Part shown: positions 44,365-54,786 of the stretch, piece after piece
Layout: every line of letters starts with the position of its first letter
Numbering within the stretch: the stretch's first letter is position 1
From: a virus
Reading direction: 5' to 3' (one strand)
IMG/VR virus record: IMGVR_UViG_3300025645_000055
Span: 1 to 64,000 of that record
Length of the DNA stretch: 64,000 nt
The notes under the pieces: model-generated
Told to the model about the DNA's origin: nothing
Seen by the model: the letters and a program-made list of their open reading frames with translations, nothing else
Databases searched by the model: none
Translations under genes and position numbers: made by a program

Positions 44365-44871
44365 ATGGGATGGATTAAAACATTTAAACGTGGTGATGGT
44401 GGTTACGATAGTTTCGATTGGAAAATATCTGATTCAATTGCCGTAGATTTTATTACAGTATTATTTGGAATCATCTTAGGTTTCATTCTTGGTATTATCA
44501 TACCAATATTAATGTTATTCTTTTATGCTTGGAGTATTGATAGTCACCGTAGAAAACAATCCATAGTTGGGTTGGTGTGTTGTATACTTTGGGTATTGGA
44601 TTTCATATTTGGTGGTCTTGCTTATAGTATGTGGGCACATGAGTATCCAAACTTCTTTTTATCTCTAGCTACCCTATTTTTAAGTATGGGAACTATATTT
44701 GTTGTGTTATTGAGGTTTGATGATTTCTTATTTGATATGTTTCAGTCTTTTAACTATCCAGTACTAACATCGTTGGTTTGGTTTGGTGCTATAATATTTT
44801 TCACCCACCCAATATTTAAGATATTATTAGAGTTTATTGGTGTAGCTAGTAAACCATTTATAACATTTTAA
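44365..44871 (+). CDS. membrane protein
   Basis: Four hydrophobic segments. Confidence 0.7.
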   Translation: MGWIKTFKRGDGGYDSFDWKISDSIAVDFITVLFGIILGFILGIIIPILMLFFYAWSIDSHRRKQSIVGLVCCILWVLDFIFGGLAYSMWAHEYPNFFLSLATLFLSMGTIFVVLLRFDDFLFDMFQSFNYPVLTSLVWFGAIIFFTHPIFKILLEFIGVASKPFITF

Positions 44872-44873
44872 TA

Positions 44874-45749
44874 CTAGTTAAAGCTAAACATATTTGATTC
44901 TTTTTCTCTTCTTGAGGCGTGTCCACTATATGATACGGCTGTAGTTTTAATCTTTTCTTTTGCTTTGGTTAATTCATTATTTTTAACCAATTGAATGAAC
45001 TTAGACTTTCTGAAGTTACCAATCCCCATATTATAAATCATTGATACCATTGCATCATACATTCCTTGGGTAATTTTAACATCCAATTTCTTAGTATCCC
45101 ATTTATGTAGTATTCTATTAAGGGCATCACTGGCAACCTTAATATCTTTTGCTAATAAGGTTTCTGCTTGTTTATCATTTATTTTAGTCTCACCACTAAC
45201 CATTTTTGTTTTACTTTTACGTTCCGAATGTCCCCAACCAATGGTGATTCTACCATCACCAATATCATATGCGGTTAAAACTGGTTCACCTTTTTTTCTG
45301 GCAGAACCTTCTTCATCTTTAATAAATTCAATAAGACTTTCACTAACATTTCTAATTTGTAAATTAGATTTAGGTGTTGTTGTTTCATCCTTTATTTTAT
45401 TAATAACTTGGTTATCAAGTTCGATAACACTTGCTTTCACATCTGGTGGTAATTTGTTTAAAACCTTTTTAGTTTCACCAACATTAGAAAGCATTATAAC
45501 CCCTAATCCTACGATAGCCATACTCAATACTTTTTTCTTAGTGTTTGTTGGAAGACCCTTAATTTTCTTATGTAACATAATTAAATAGTTTTTAGCTTTA
45601 TCAAGCGTATTAACGCCCTCAATTGATTTATCTATGGTAACACCTATGTCATCCCAATTAACCTCGTTAGGGGTATCTGGATTAACCTTACCAGAGAAAT
45701 CCTCAAGTAGTGTGTTTAGTTTATGAATATGATATGCGTTAACTAACAT
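44874..45749 (-). CDS. GH24 (phage/T4-type) lysozyme with N-terminal extension
   Basis: IK.EEG...AYD.....TIGWGH...DA.VS..YN.G...RR..E. Confidence 0.88.
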   Translation of the reverse strand: MLVNAYHIHKLNTLLEDFSGKVNPDTPNEVNWDDIGVTIDKSIEGVNTLDKAKNYLIMLHKKIKGLPTNTKKKVLSMAIVGLGVIMLSNVGETKKVLNKLPPDVKASVIELDNQVINKIKDETTTPKSNLQIRNVSESLIEFIKDEEGSARKKGEPVLTAYDIGDGRITIGWGHSERKSKTKMVSGETKINDKQAETLLAKDIKVASDALNRILHKWDTKKLDVKITQGMYDAMVSMIYNMGIGNFRKSKFIQLVKNNELTKAKEKIKTTAVSYSGHASRREKESNMFSFN

Positions 45750-45853
45750 ATGTTTGTTTTTAATATAAATATACGGGATTTATTCAAAAATATATCAGAT
45801 AAGTTGATTTTTAAATTCTTTTGAACTATATTTGTTTAAACTAAATACAAACC

Positions 45854-46357
45854 ATGGTAATAAACCACATTAAACCACCAAAAACCATTTGTACTATAAC
45901 CGATGAGGGACATAGAGTCTTTCTAGCTGGTAGTATTGAAATGGGTAAAGCCGAAGACTGGCAACAAAAAATAACAGATACCTTACATAAGGATAAGTAT
46001 AGACCATTTATAATATACAACCCAAGACGAGATGATTGGGACTCATCTTGGAAACAAGGTATGGAAGAACCACAATTTTATCAACAAGTAAATTGGGAGA
46101 TGAACGCATTAGACAAATGTGATACCATCTTTATGTACTTTGATAAGAATACCAAATCACCAATCTCATTACTTGAATTAGGACTCTATGCGTCATCTAA
46201 AAAGATGGTAGTATGTTGTCCAGACGGTTTTTGGAGAAAGGGCAACGTGGTAGCTGTATGTGAGAAATACGGCATCCCAATGTATAATGACTTTGATGAA
46301 GCTACAGAAAGTTTAATCAAAAAGGTTAAAACGAGTGGTAAGCAATTATTAACCTAA
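45854..46357 (+). CDS. nucleoside 2-deoxyribosyltransferase-like protein
   Basis: VFLAGSI, NPRR, QV.WE, SPISLLELG. Confidence 0.85.
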   Translation: MVINHIKPPKTICTITDEGHRVFLAGSIEMGKAEDWQQKITDTLHKDKYRPFIIYNPRRDDWDSSWKQGMEEPQFYQQVNWEMNALDKCDTIFMYFDKNTKSPISLLELGLYASSKKMVVCCPDGFWRKGNVVAVCEKYGIPMYNDFDEATESLIKKVKTSGKQLLT

Positions 46358-46414
46358 GTTGCTTTATTGAAAAATTAGAACTATATTTGTTCAAACCAAA
46401 ACCAAAAACTAAAC

Positions 46415-46774
46415 ATGAGCATATTAAAATTTGAATTAAAAAAAGAACACATTGAGTTGGTGAAGTACCTTAATTGGGATAATCTAAAGGATGGTACAAT
46501 TAGTACAGAACCTTCAGAACCATTTGGTAGTAATAACTCGTATGATGATATGGGTATCATTTTATATGGTAAACCAGAAGATTTTGACCCATTTAATTAT
46601 GATGGTGATGAAATAGGTAATCCATTTAAATGGTCTTTAGAGCAATTAGAAGAAATGGAAACGTTATTAAGTGAATTACCACAAGCCATCGAAGTGATAT
46701 TAAATGCACAAACATTCGAACCTGGTATGTATAAAACCAGATATAACGATAAGTCTTGGAAAAAGATTAAATAG
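46415..46774 (+). CDS. hypothetical protein
   Basis: ORF track. Confidence 0.7.
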   Translation: MSILKFELKKEHIELVKYLNWDNLKDGTISTEPSEPFGSNNSYDDMGIILYGKPEDFDPFNYDGDEIGNPFKWSLEQLEEMETLLSELPQAIEVILNAQTFEPGMYKTRYNDKSWKKIK

Positions 46775-47319
46775 TGGGTTTTTTAACAACACTTAAGGCT
46801 GCTGTAGATGGTAATGAACCTGCGTTGGAAAAAATTCATGATAAAATATTTAATGTCGTAGATTTTAACTGTATGAGATTTAGCACATCCAAATTGGATG
46901 GTGAAGATAATATACAAGAATGCTACATTAAGATTATGAATAAACTTCACACCTTTAATGGTAGAAGTTATAAGTCATTAAACACATGGGTTAAACATAT
47001 ATGTGTTAACTATTCGATAGACCAGTATCGTAAGAAGAATAATATTATTTCTGGAGAAGATATTTCTGAATATATAAACCACTATTCAGATGAAGAAGAA
47101 ACCGAAGCTAAAACATATTCTATTGATGATTTTATAGATGTTATTGATAGATTAGGTGATAAACAACGTATGATATTTAACCTATTCGTACTTGATGGTT
47201 TTAGTCATAAAGAAATAAGTGTGGAACTTAACATAAGTATTGATGCATCCAAAAGTGGTCTTTACTTAGCTAAAAAAAACCTAAGAAAGTTCTCAAAAAC
47301 AAAACAACAAAAACTATGA
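46774..47319 (+). CDS. ECF-type RNA polymerase sigma factor
   Basis: ED.IQE..IK...W...I.VN..ID.YRK; L...QR.IFNL...DGFSHKEI...L.IS. Confidence 0.9.
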   Translation: MGFLTTLKAAVDGNEPALEKIHDKIFNVVDFNCMRFSTSKLDGEDNIQECYIKIMNKLHTFNGRSYKSLNTWVKHICVNYSIDQYRKKNNIISGEDISEYINHYSDEEETEAKTYSIDDFIDVIDRLGDKQRMIFNLFVLDGFSHKEISVELNISIDASKSGLYLAKKNLRKFSKTKQQKL

Positions 47320-49019
47320 AATTTAAACAATTAACAAGGGAAAACAAAAACTTTATTGCAAACACTTATCGTGATAATAATCTAAGTTGGCAAGAGAGAA
47401 TTCGTTTATTAGAAGATTATTGTGGGGTAAATGAACGAACTGTTAGAAATTGGGTTAAGAAATTAAACCTTAAATTAACAGAAGTGGTGGATTCACCAGA
47501 ACTTAAAAAGGCAAAGGATAAAAACTTTAATAAGGATGCAACCAGATTTATTGTTACTTGGGCACAAAATGATACACCAGTACATCTTAAATTCTTAAAT
47601 AACATAGAACACTATGCTAAAGAAATAAATGCAGATATACATGTGATAGCTGGAAGGTATAAAAACCCAACATCTGTATTCACAGATTCGACACATGATA
47701 AATGGTCAGATGATGTGGTAGAATATTTAGATGCTGCTAGACATGATATTCATAAGTATGTTAGTATAATGTCTGATGTAAAGGTACAACCAACGGCAAT
47801 AAACCCAATGACTGGATTACAAGGTATGTCTGGTGTTAATTCTTGTATTTTTGGCTCACCAAAGGTTCAATTAGAGATGATACCAGTGTTGGAAAAGGCA
47901 AAACCAAAGATGATGGTTACAACTGGTGCTTGTACTGTTTCAAACTATACAGATTCTAAGGCTGGTAAGAAGGGTGAATTCCACCACCAACTTGGTTTTG
48001 TTATTGTTGAGATAAAGGATGATAACATATTCTATATGCGACAAGTAACCGCAGATGATGATGGTAACTTTACTGATTTATATTACAATGTACAGTTTAA
48101 AGGTATAAGAGCACCTATAGAGTTTAGTGGTGAAACATTAATAGAGCAATTATTAAATAAAAGTGATTGGATTAAAAACCATTGTGGTTCTGAACCACTT
48201 ATGTTATTAGGTAAGACTAAAATTAAAAAGGTTAAGAAGATAGCAGCTTGTATTCTTGGTGATATACATTATGGTCATCACGATAAAAAGGTGTTAAAGA
48301 AAACATATGAATTATTAGATAGGGTAATGCCAGAGCACGTTGTACTTCATGATGTATTTGATGGTGATTCAATATCACACCATGCAATGAAGGACCCCTT
48401 TATCCAATATGGTAAAGAAATGAACAATACCAACAACTTAGCTAACGAGGTTAACTTCATGATGAAGAAACTTAAAAAGTTTAAGAAATATGATAATGTG
48501 GTTATTGTTAGAAGTAATCATGATGATTTCTTGGATAGATGGCTTAAGTTGGGTGATTGGAAGAAACAACCAACCTATAAGAACTCACCATTATATATGG
48601 AATACAGTGGTATTCTACTTAAACAATATGCCGAAACACCAGAGGATGTTAAAGGTGTTATTCCAGAATTAATTAATAGAAAATTCCCTAAGTTTATAAC
48701 ACTTGGTAGGAGAGATTCATATAGGGTTAATGATTGGGAGTTAGGACAACATGGTGACTACGGTTCAAACGGTTCTAGAGGTTCATTAGTACAAATGAGA
48801 AAACTTAACACAAAAATTGTGGTAGGTCATTATCATAGTCCAGGTCGTAAAGATGGTGCATTAGCCGTTGGAACATCAACCAAATTAAGGGTTGGTTATA
48901 ACCAAGGTCCAAGTTCTTGGGCACAATCACACGTAATTATACATGAAGATGGTAAAGCACAACATATCGTGTTTGTATCAGATGATGATGGTAATGTGAA
49001 TTATACAACCTTTGAATGA
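47316..49019 (+). CDS. T5 A1-like protein (HTH plus metallophosphoesterase nuclease)
   Basis: RF.VT.AQN.TPVH; TTGACT..NY...KAG.K.EFHH; GDIH, HD.FD, SNHD, HGD.G.NG.RG, GH.HS. Confidence 0.75.
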   Translation: MKFKQLTRENKNFIANTYRDNNLSWQERIRLLEDYCGVNERTVRNWVKKLNLKLTEVVDSPELKKAKDKNFNKDATRFIVTWAQNDTPVHLKFLNNIEHYAKEINADIHVIAGRYKNPTSVFTDSTHDKWSDDVVEYLDAARHDIHKYVSIMSDVKVQPTAINPMTGLQGMSGVNSCIFGSPKVQLEMIPVLEKAKPKMMVTTGACTVSNYTDSKAGKKGEFHHQLGFVIVEIKDDNIFYMRQVTADDDGNFTDLYYNVQFKGIRAPIEFSGETLIEQLLNKSDWIKNHCGSEPLMLLGKTKIKKVKKIAACILGDIHYGHHDKKVLKKTYELLDRVMPEHVVLHDVFDGDSISHHAMKDPFIQYGKEMNNTNNLANEVNFMMKKLKKFKKYDNVVIVRSNHDDFLDRWLKLGDWKKQPTYKNSPLYMEYSGILLKQYAETPEDVKGVIPELINRKFPKFITLGRRDSYRVNDWELGQHGDYGSNGSRGSLVQMRKLNTKIVVGHYHSPGRKDGALAVGTSTKLRVGYNQGPSSWAQSHVIIHEDGKAQHIVFVSDDDGNVNYTTFE

Positions 49020-49444
49020 AAATATTTAAAAAGGGTAGAATTGAATTAGGTGAAGGTCATATAATCCAATACACCTTATTCGAATGGAAACCATTGGGTG
49101 GTATTTGGTTTTACCACTGGAAGACAATAGACCAAAATAGATTTCACACACACGCCTTTAATAGTATAGCTACCACACTTAGTGGTGGTTATACTCAAGA
49201 GGTTATAAAGGATGGTGTAGTAACAAAAGAATATGTTAGTAAACTATTTAGACCAAGATTCTTACCAAGGAATTACTGTCATAGAATATTAGAAGCAAAA
49301 CCAAATACCTGGACAATGGTAATGTTTGGTAGATGGATACCATATTGGTGGGAATATTTCTCTGATACAAAAACTTGGGTGAAATATACTTGGGGTCGAA
49401 AAGTGGTGGATAAACGAAATGGTGATGAAACAACAATACTTTAG
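49016..49444 (+). CDS. cupin-like protein
   Basis: FHTHAF...LSGGY..E...HRI...WT. Confidence 0.6.
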   Translation: MKIFKKGRIELGEGHIIQYTLFEWKPLGGIWFYHWKTIDQNRFHTHAFNSIATTLSGGYTQEVIKDGVVTKEYVSKLFRPRFLPRNYCHRILEAKPNTWTMVMFGRWIPYWWEYFSDTKTWVKYTWGRKVVDKRNGDETTIL

Positions 49445-50356
49445 ACTATGAAATTTAAAACCAGAAAAGAAAGATTAAAACATAGACTAGAAAATGAAAC
49501 CAATGGTGAAAATATTGATAAGTTGATGGAAATCTTTGAGTATTATGAACGTAACAATTTAAATACTATAGAAAAATTAAACAGACGAAAGAAGATATAT
49601 ACCAATGGTATTAATGGAGCATTGAGGGGTGCAATAACAGCTCATGGTCCTATTACTAAGTTACTTATAGGTAGTGCATCCAAACGAATATATGGTAGTC
49701 TTCTTAAAAGTGAGACTGAAGCCAAATACAGATTTTCACTTATTTCCTACATTTTAGGTATATTTTCTTTGTTAGTTGGATTATTTGTAGTATATTTGCT
49801 GTATTAATATGATAAAACAACAACAATTACATGAGGCAATTTTAAATGATACAGTTTTAAAGGATATGTATCAATACATAAATCATATCTACTCTGTCTC
49901 ATTCCCAACAATTATTTATGAAATTGGTAGTAACACCATTACGTATAAATACAGTGAGGTGGTTGAATCGTTAGTTGGTAATGTTAAACATGTAATAAAA
50001 CATAGAGAAAATCAAATAATAGGATATTATGAACGGTAAAGACTTAAAAAAGGATTCTTATGTAAAATGGGAAGCTAGAAGAATGTTAAAGGGGTGGAAT
50101 ACATTTGGGAAAGTAACCAACTTAACCAAGAAGGAAGTTACAATACTTACCTTTGATGATTTTAAAGAAACAACAATATCAAGAACTGGTGAAGCAGTTG
50201 ATGATGAGATATATCTTGTTACTAAACAAGATGTTGAAGATAATCTATTGTTATCTCGTATCGAACTAGATGCCCAAATAGGTAAAGTAGAACTTGAAGC
50301 ATTAAAAGAGGTGCGTGAGTTACAAAAAATAAAAAGAAAAATAACAGAATATATAG

Positions 50357-50890
50357 ATGGAGAAGATAACTAAAATAACATACTTTGATTTTGATGGAAC
50401 ATCCGTTAAAACACAAATGCCAGACTCTGGTAAAATAATTTGGGAAAATGTTACTGGTAATGTTTGGCCTCACATTGGGTGGTGGTCTAAACCAGAATCA
50501 CTAGATATTGAGGTATTTGAACACCCAGTTAATCCATTGGTAAAAGAGGCTAATGACATCCACAATGGTTGTGATGAAACCCTTACTGTTATGCTTACTG
50601 GTCGTAGAAAACACCTAGCAACGTTGGTTGAAGATTTATTGGATAAGTATGAATACAAATTCGATAGACACCAGTATAACTACGGTGGTTCTACAGAACA
50701 AAATAAGATAGACCAAATGAACAATGCACTTGAAGAATTTAAAAATGTTAAAACCATAACATTCTTTGATGATAGGTTAGAACACCTACCAATCTTTAAG
50801 GACTACTTAACATCATTGGTTGACAACGGTAGATTAGACACATTTAACCTTTACCATGTAGATGGTCAAGGTGAAATCAACGTATACTAA
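50357..50890 (+). CDS. HAD phosphatase (Swiss-Army-knife RNA repair type)
   Basis: FDFDGT, WW, VMLTGR, FFDDR..H. Confidence 0.72.
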   Translation: MEKITKITYFDFDGTSVKTQMPDSGKIIWENVTGNVWPHIGWWSKPESLDIEVFEHPVNPLVKEANDIHNGCDETLTVMLTGRRKHLATLVEDLLDKYEYKFDRHQYNYGGSTEQNKIDQMNNALEEFKNVKTITFFDDRLEHLPIFKDYLTSLVDNGRLDTFNLYHVDGQGEINVY

Positions 50891-51126
50891 TGGATACTAA
50901 AGAAAACTTAGTTAAACAACTCTTATCAGAGTGTAAGATATACACGGACAAACCAACGACAAAACTCGGTGGTCAAAGTGCTGGTATGACTTATTACCCA
51001 ACAATCGTTGAGCATGAGAGTCTGGAAATTAAGTTTAGTATCAATTACCATAAGTCTATGTACAAGAATAGGGAATTGGGCTTAACTCTTATGGAGTTAG
51101 CCCTTTCTGAGATTATAAAATAAAAT

Positions 51127-53046
51127 ATGAATAAAATAGAAATAGGAGACATACTAGAAGGAACAATACATTTTAACAAATTTGGTTCTGCATATCTAGT
51201 AAGTAATAAATTAAAAAAAGACATCTACATACATAAAAATAACACTAATAAATCTATTCATTTAGATACTATTAGTCTTAGGGTTGTGAAAGGAGTAAAT
51301 CGTTCAATAGAAGGTGTCGTTGAAGAAGTAATAGAACGGTTTAAAACAACATTCGTTGGTACAATACAAATTAATAATGGGTTTGGGTTTCTGGTTGCAG
51401 ATTCCGATAAAATGCCATTTGATTTGTTTATTCCACAAATTAAATTAATGGGTGCAACCAACGGTCAAAAGGTGGTTGGTAGATTGGTTGATTGGCTTGA
51501 TGGTATGAAAACACCAAACGGTGAAATCATTGAGATACTTGGTGATATTAACGATAACGATGTTCAAACAAATGCTATCGTTCACCAGTATGAATTACCA
51601 GGTGTGTTCGATGAAGATGTTAAAGCAGAGTCTGAAATGATATCTGATGTGATTACTGATGAAGATATTTCAAATAGGTTAGACCTAAGAGAGATATTAA
51701 CATTTACAATTGACCCAGATACCGCAAAAGACTTTGATGATGCACTATCATACGAAGACTTACCAAATGGTGATATAAAGATTGGAATACATATAGCAGA
51801 TGTTAGTCATTATGTGAGACCTGGAACTGCATTAGATAAAGAAGCATACGAAAGAGGAACATCCATCTATTTAACCGACACGGTTATTCCGATGCTCCCA
51901 GAGAGACTTTCTAATGGGATATGTTCACTAAGACCTAATGAAGATAAACTAACGTTCTCAGCCATCTTTACGTTCAATAAGAACTATGAGGTTATTGATG
52001 AATGGTTTGGTAGAACGGTAATACATTCTAACCATAGACTTACATATGGTGAGGCAGAAAATCTTATATTATTAAGTAAACCCACTAGTGATGATGAAAT
52101 GGAAAGTGTGTTACCAGTAATAAATGATATTGCAAAGGAATTAAGGAGTATTAGAGATGATGATGGTGCAATTACATTTCAACGTGATGAATTAAAGTTC
52201 TTCACCAATGGAGCTGGTGAGTTGGATATAATGGTGAAACCAACATTAAGTTCTAATATTCTTATTGAAGAATTCATGCTACTAGCCAACAGAAGGGTTG
52301 GTAGATTATTAAAGAGTAAGAAGATTCCGACTGTTAATAGAATACACGAAGAACCTAATCCAGAGAAGCTTGGTGATGTTCAAAAATCACTTAAAGAGTT
52401 TGGATATAATGTTGATTTATTAAGTCCTAAAAACTTAAGGAGAAACATTAACAACTTATTAAGAGAAGTACATGGTAAGGATGATGAGCATTTGGTGAAT
52501 AACCTATTGCTTAGGTCGATGCAAAAGGCAGTATATTCAACAGAACACGCAGGTCACTTTGGTTTGTCGTTTGATGATTATACACACTTTACATCACCAA
52601 TTAGACGTTACCCAGATATCATGGTTCATAGAATACTTAATCGAGTGTTGGAAGGTAAAAGCCAACATAAGGAGAGTAAACTATCCACAAGATGTAATCA
52701 CTTATCCAATATGGAAGTTAGAGCACAAAAAGCATCTAGGGAGTCTATCAAGTATAAGCAATGTGAGTACATGAAAGAAAGGGTTGGTAAACTATTTACT
52801 GGTGTTGTTTCATCAATAAACACACATGGGATATATGTTGAAATAGTAGGTGCAAACTGTGATGGTTTCATCAATACTTCATCATATTCTAAAGATGAAT
52901 CATATACCATTAATTCAAATAAAGTATCTACAATTGGAAACGATAGTGGAAAGACAATTACATTAGGTGATAAGATACCAATTCTAATTAAAAGTGTAGA
53001 CTTTGTAAGTAAAACTATCAACGTTAAGCATTTTAATTTAAAATAA
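51127..53046 (+). CDS. rnr: ribonuclease R (RNB family)
   Basis: TIDP.TAKDFDDA, HIADVSHYV, LIEEFMLLAN, HFGL..Y.HFTSPIRRYPD, C-terminal S1. Confidence 0.93.
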   Translation: MNKIEIGDILEGTIHFNKFGSAYLVSNKLKKDIYIHKNNTNKSIHLDTISLRVVKGVNRSIEGVVEEVIERFKTTFVGTIQINNGFGFLVADSDKMPFDLFIPQIKLMGATNGQKVVGRLVDWLDGMKTPNGEIIEILGDINDNDVQTNAIVHQYELPGVFDEDVKAESEMISDVITDEDISNRLDLREILTFTIDPDTAKDFDDALSYEDLPNGDIKIGIHIADVSHYVRPGTALDKEAYERGTSIYLTDTVIPMLPERLSNGICSLRPNEDKLTFSAIFTFNKNYEVIDEWFGRTVIHSNHRLTYGEAENLILLSKPTSDDEMESVLPVINDIAKELRSIRDDDGAITFQRDELKFFTNGAGELDIMVKPTLSSNILIEEFMLLANRRVGRLLKSKKIPTVNRIHEEPNPEKLGDVQKSLKEFGYNVDLLSPKNLRRNINNLLREVHGKDDEHLVNNLLLRSMQKAVYSTEHAGHFGLSFDDYTHFTSPIRRYPDIMVHRILNRVLEGKSQHKESKLSTRCNHLSNMEVRAQKASRESIKYKQCEYMKERVGKLFTGVVSSINTHGIYVEIVGANCDGFINTSSYSKDESYTINSNKVSTIGNDSGKTITLGDKIPILIKSVDFVSKTINVKHFNLK

Positions 53047-53125
53047 TACCAAATATAGTTGAAACTCTATTTTAATAGAACTATCTTTGTCATCAATAAT
53101 AACTATAATAACATCCTTAACCTAT

Positions 53126-54001
53126 ATGAGAGTACTAAAAATCGGTAGTGGCTACACTATAAAAGAATCTGAAAGTTTAAAACAATATTTAAAGGATGTA
53201 TCAAAAATACCTTTATTCGCATCATCTGATGCTGAAGCTGAATGTGCTCAAAGAGCATTTGGGGGTGATAAAAGGGCTATTGATGAATTAGTAAGTAGAA
53301 ACCTAAGATTTGTTATTAGTGTTGCAAAACAACACAAGACCACCAACGTACTATTAGATGATTTAATCAACGAGGGTAATATAGGTTTGCTTGAAGCTGC
53401 TACCAAGTTTGACCCAAGTCATGGTAATAAATTTATATCCTTTGCCGTTTGGTATATTAGGAAAGATATCATGAAGTATGTATACACCCATGAAAGGGTT
53501 GTAAGGGTACCTCTCAACAAGTTAAACGCATTAAATATGCTTAATAATGAAATCTGTGCTGCCGAACAAGAAACTGGTGGTAAGGTATCTATGAGTGAAA
53601 TTCAAGAAAGAGAAAATTTAAACCATTTAACAACATCTAAAATGTCAGATTTATTGGCATTAAGCACTAGTAATACCATGTCAATTGACACACCATTAAC
53701 TGGTGGTGAATCAACAAGATATTCTGATGTGATGGAATCTAAGGAGTTTGATGATACTGATGGAAAGTTAATTAATGAACAACAATTAGATAGATTAAAC
53801 CTATTGTTAGATAGGCTTGATTATGATACTGCTTTTGTTGTTAAGATGTACTATGGTATTGATTGTTTTTATCCTTTAAAACTAGAAGAAATAGGTGAAA
53901 TCCTAGGTTTATGTAGTGAACGTGTTAGACAAATTAAAATCAGTGGACTTAAAAAACTTAAAGAATTAGGTAATGTGGTTGAGTTTAGAGATATGCTTTA
54001 G
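53126..54001 (+). CDS. RpoD/SigA-type sigma factor (short, Bacteroidetes-like)
   Basis: YL.DV.K.PL, NLRFVISVAK, DLINEGNIGL, FISFAVW.IR, LEEIG...ERVRQI. Confidence 0.92.
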   Translation: MRVLKIGSGYTIKESESLKQYLKDVSKIPLFASSDAEAECAQRAFGGDKRAIDELVSRNLRFVISVAKQHKTTNVLLDDLINEGNIGLLEAATKFDPSHGNKFISFAVWYIRKDIMKYVYTHERVVRVPLNKLNALNMLNNEICAAEQETGGKVSMSEIQERENLNHLTTSKMSDLLALSTSNTMSIDTPLTGGESTRYSDVMESKEFDDTDGKLINEQQLDRLNLLLDRLDYDTAFVVKMYYGIDCFYPLKLEEIGEILGLCSERVRQIKISGLKKLKELGNVVEFRDML

Positions 54002-54048
54002 TGTTTTCTATAATTTTATAATATTTATTACTATAAAAGATATTTAAA

Positions 54049-54423
54049 ATGGCAAAAAATACAATAAAAAGACTGGTTAGAGAATCACTATTTGGTGAGG
54101 TAGCAAAGAAGAAAGAAAAGAATCAATCCAAACTTAAGGGTAGTCAAGATAATAATGACAAAGAAAAGGGTAACGAAGTTAATCATGAGAAGAACACCAA
54201 AAAGGATTATACAGATGTTCAACACGCATTAGATAAGGATAGAAACCCTACGGGTCCTTCAAATGTTGGGATAATGAAAGCTATGGGTATTGAAGATGAT
54301 GCTGGTGGTATCGCTAGGTCTTTATTTGGTAAGAAATTAAACCAAGATAAAAATGACCAAGGTGGTTTATATCAATTTGATGATACAGAATTGGCAACAA
54401 TTAGAGGTCTTATACCAAAATAA
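54049..54423 (+). CDS. hypothetical protein (possible virion-associated)
   Basis: N-terminal IKRLVRESL motif; ATATTTAT upstream; terminator downstream. Confidence 0.65.
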   Translation: MAKNTIKRLVRESLFGEVAKKKEKNQSKLKGSQDNNDKEKGNEVNHEKNTKKDYTDVQHALDKDRNPTGPSNVGIMKAMGIEDDAGGIARSLFGKKLNQDKNDQGGLYQFDDTELATIRGLIPK

Positions 54424-54444
54424 AATACATAACATATATAATTA

Positions 54445-54470
54445 AATCACCTATCCAGGTGATTTTTTTT
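54445..54470 (+). terminator. rho-independent terminator
   Basis: AATCACCT-ATCC-AGGTGATT followed by a T run. Confidence 0.75.
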
Positions 54471-54516
54471 GTTTAAAAACTTGTATAACCCAATTATTAG
54501 TCTTATATTTGTGGTG

Positions 54517-54783
54517 ATGAAAAAATTAGGTAAATATTTAATCGTTATCGGTCTGTTGTTTGGGTGTGAAGAATTCCCATCAACCTATACCAAAAAAACT
54601 ATCAAAGAATATAATAAGATGGATAAACCAATCACCCTATTAGCCAAGGCTAAGGATGGAAATGGTTATTACTCTGTTACACTTCTTGATGGTAGTGGCG
54701 AAGCACACCAATTCAGTAGTATGAGTAGGTTCGCCAATGATATAGGTCAAACATACAAGAAAGGTGACACAATAAAACAATAA
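54517..54783 (+). CDS. putative lipoprotein
   Basis: MKKLGKYLIVIGLLFGC lipobox-like. Confidence 0.6.
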   Translation: MKKLGKYLIVIGLLFGCEEFPSTYTKKTIKEYNKMDKPITLLAKAKDGNGYYSVTLLDGSGEAHQFSSMSRFANDIGQTYKKGDTIKQ

Positions 54784-54786
54784 ATT

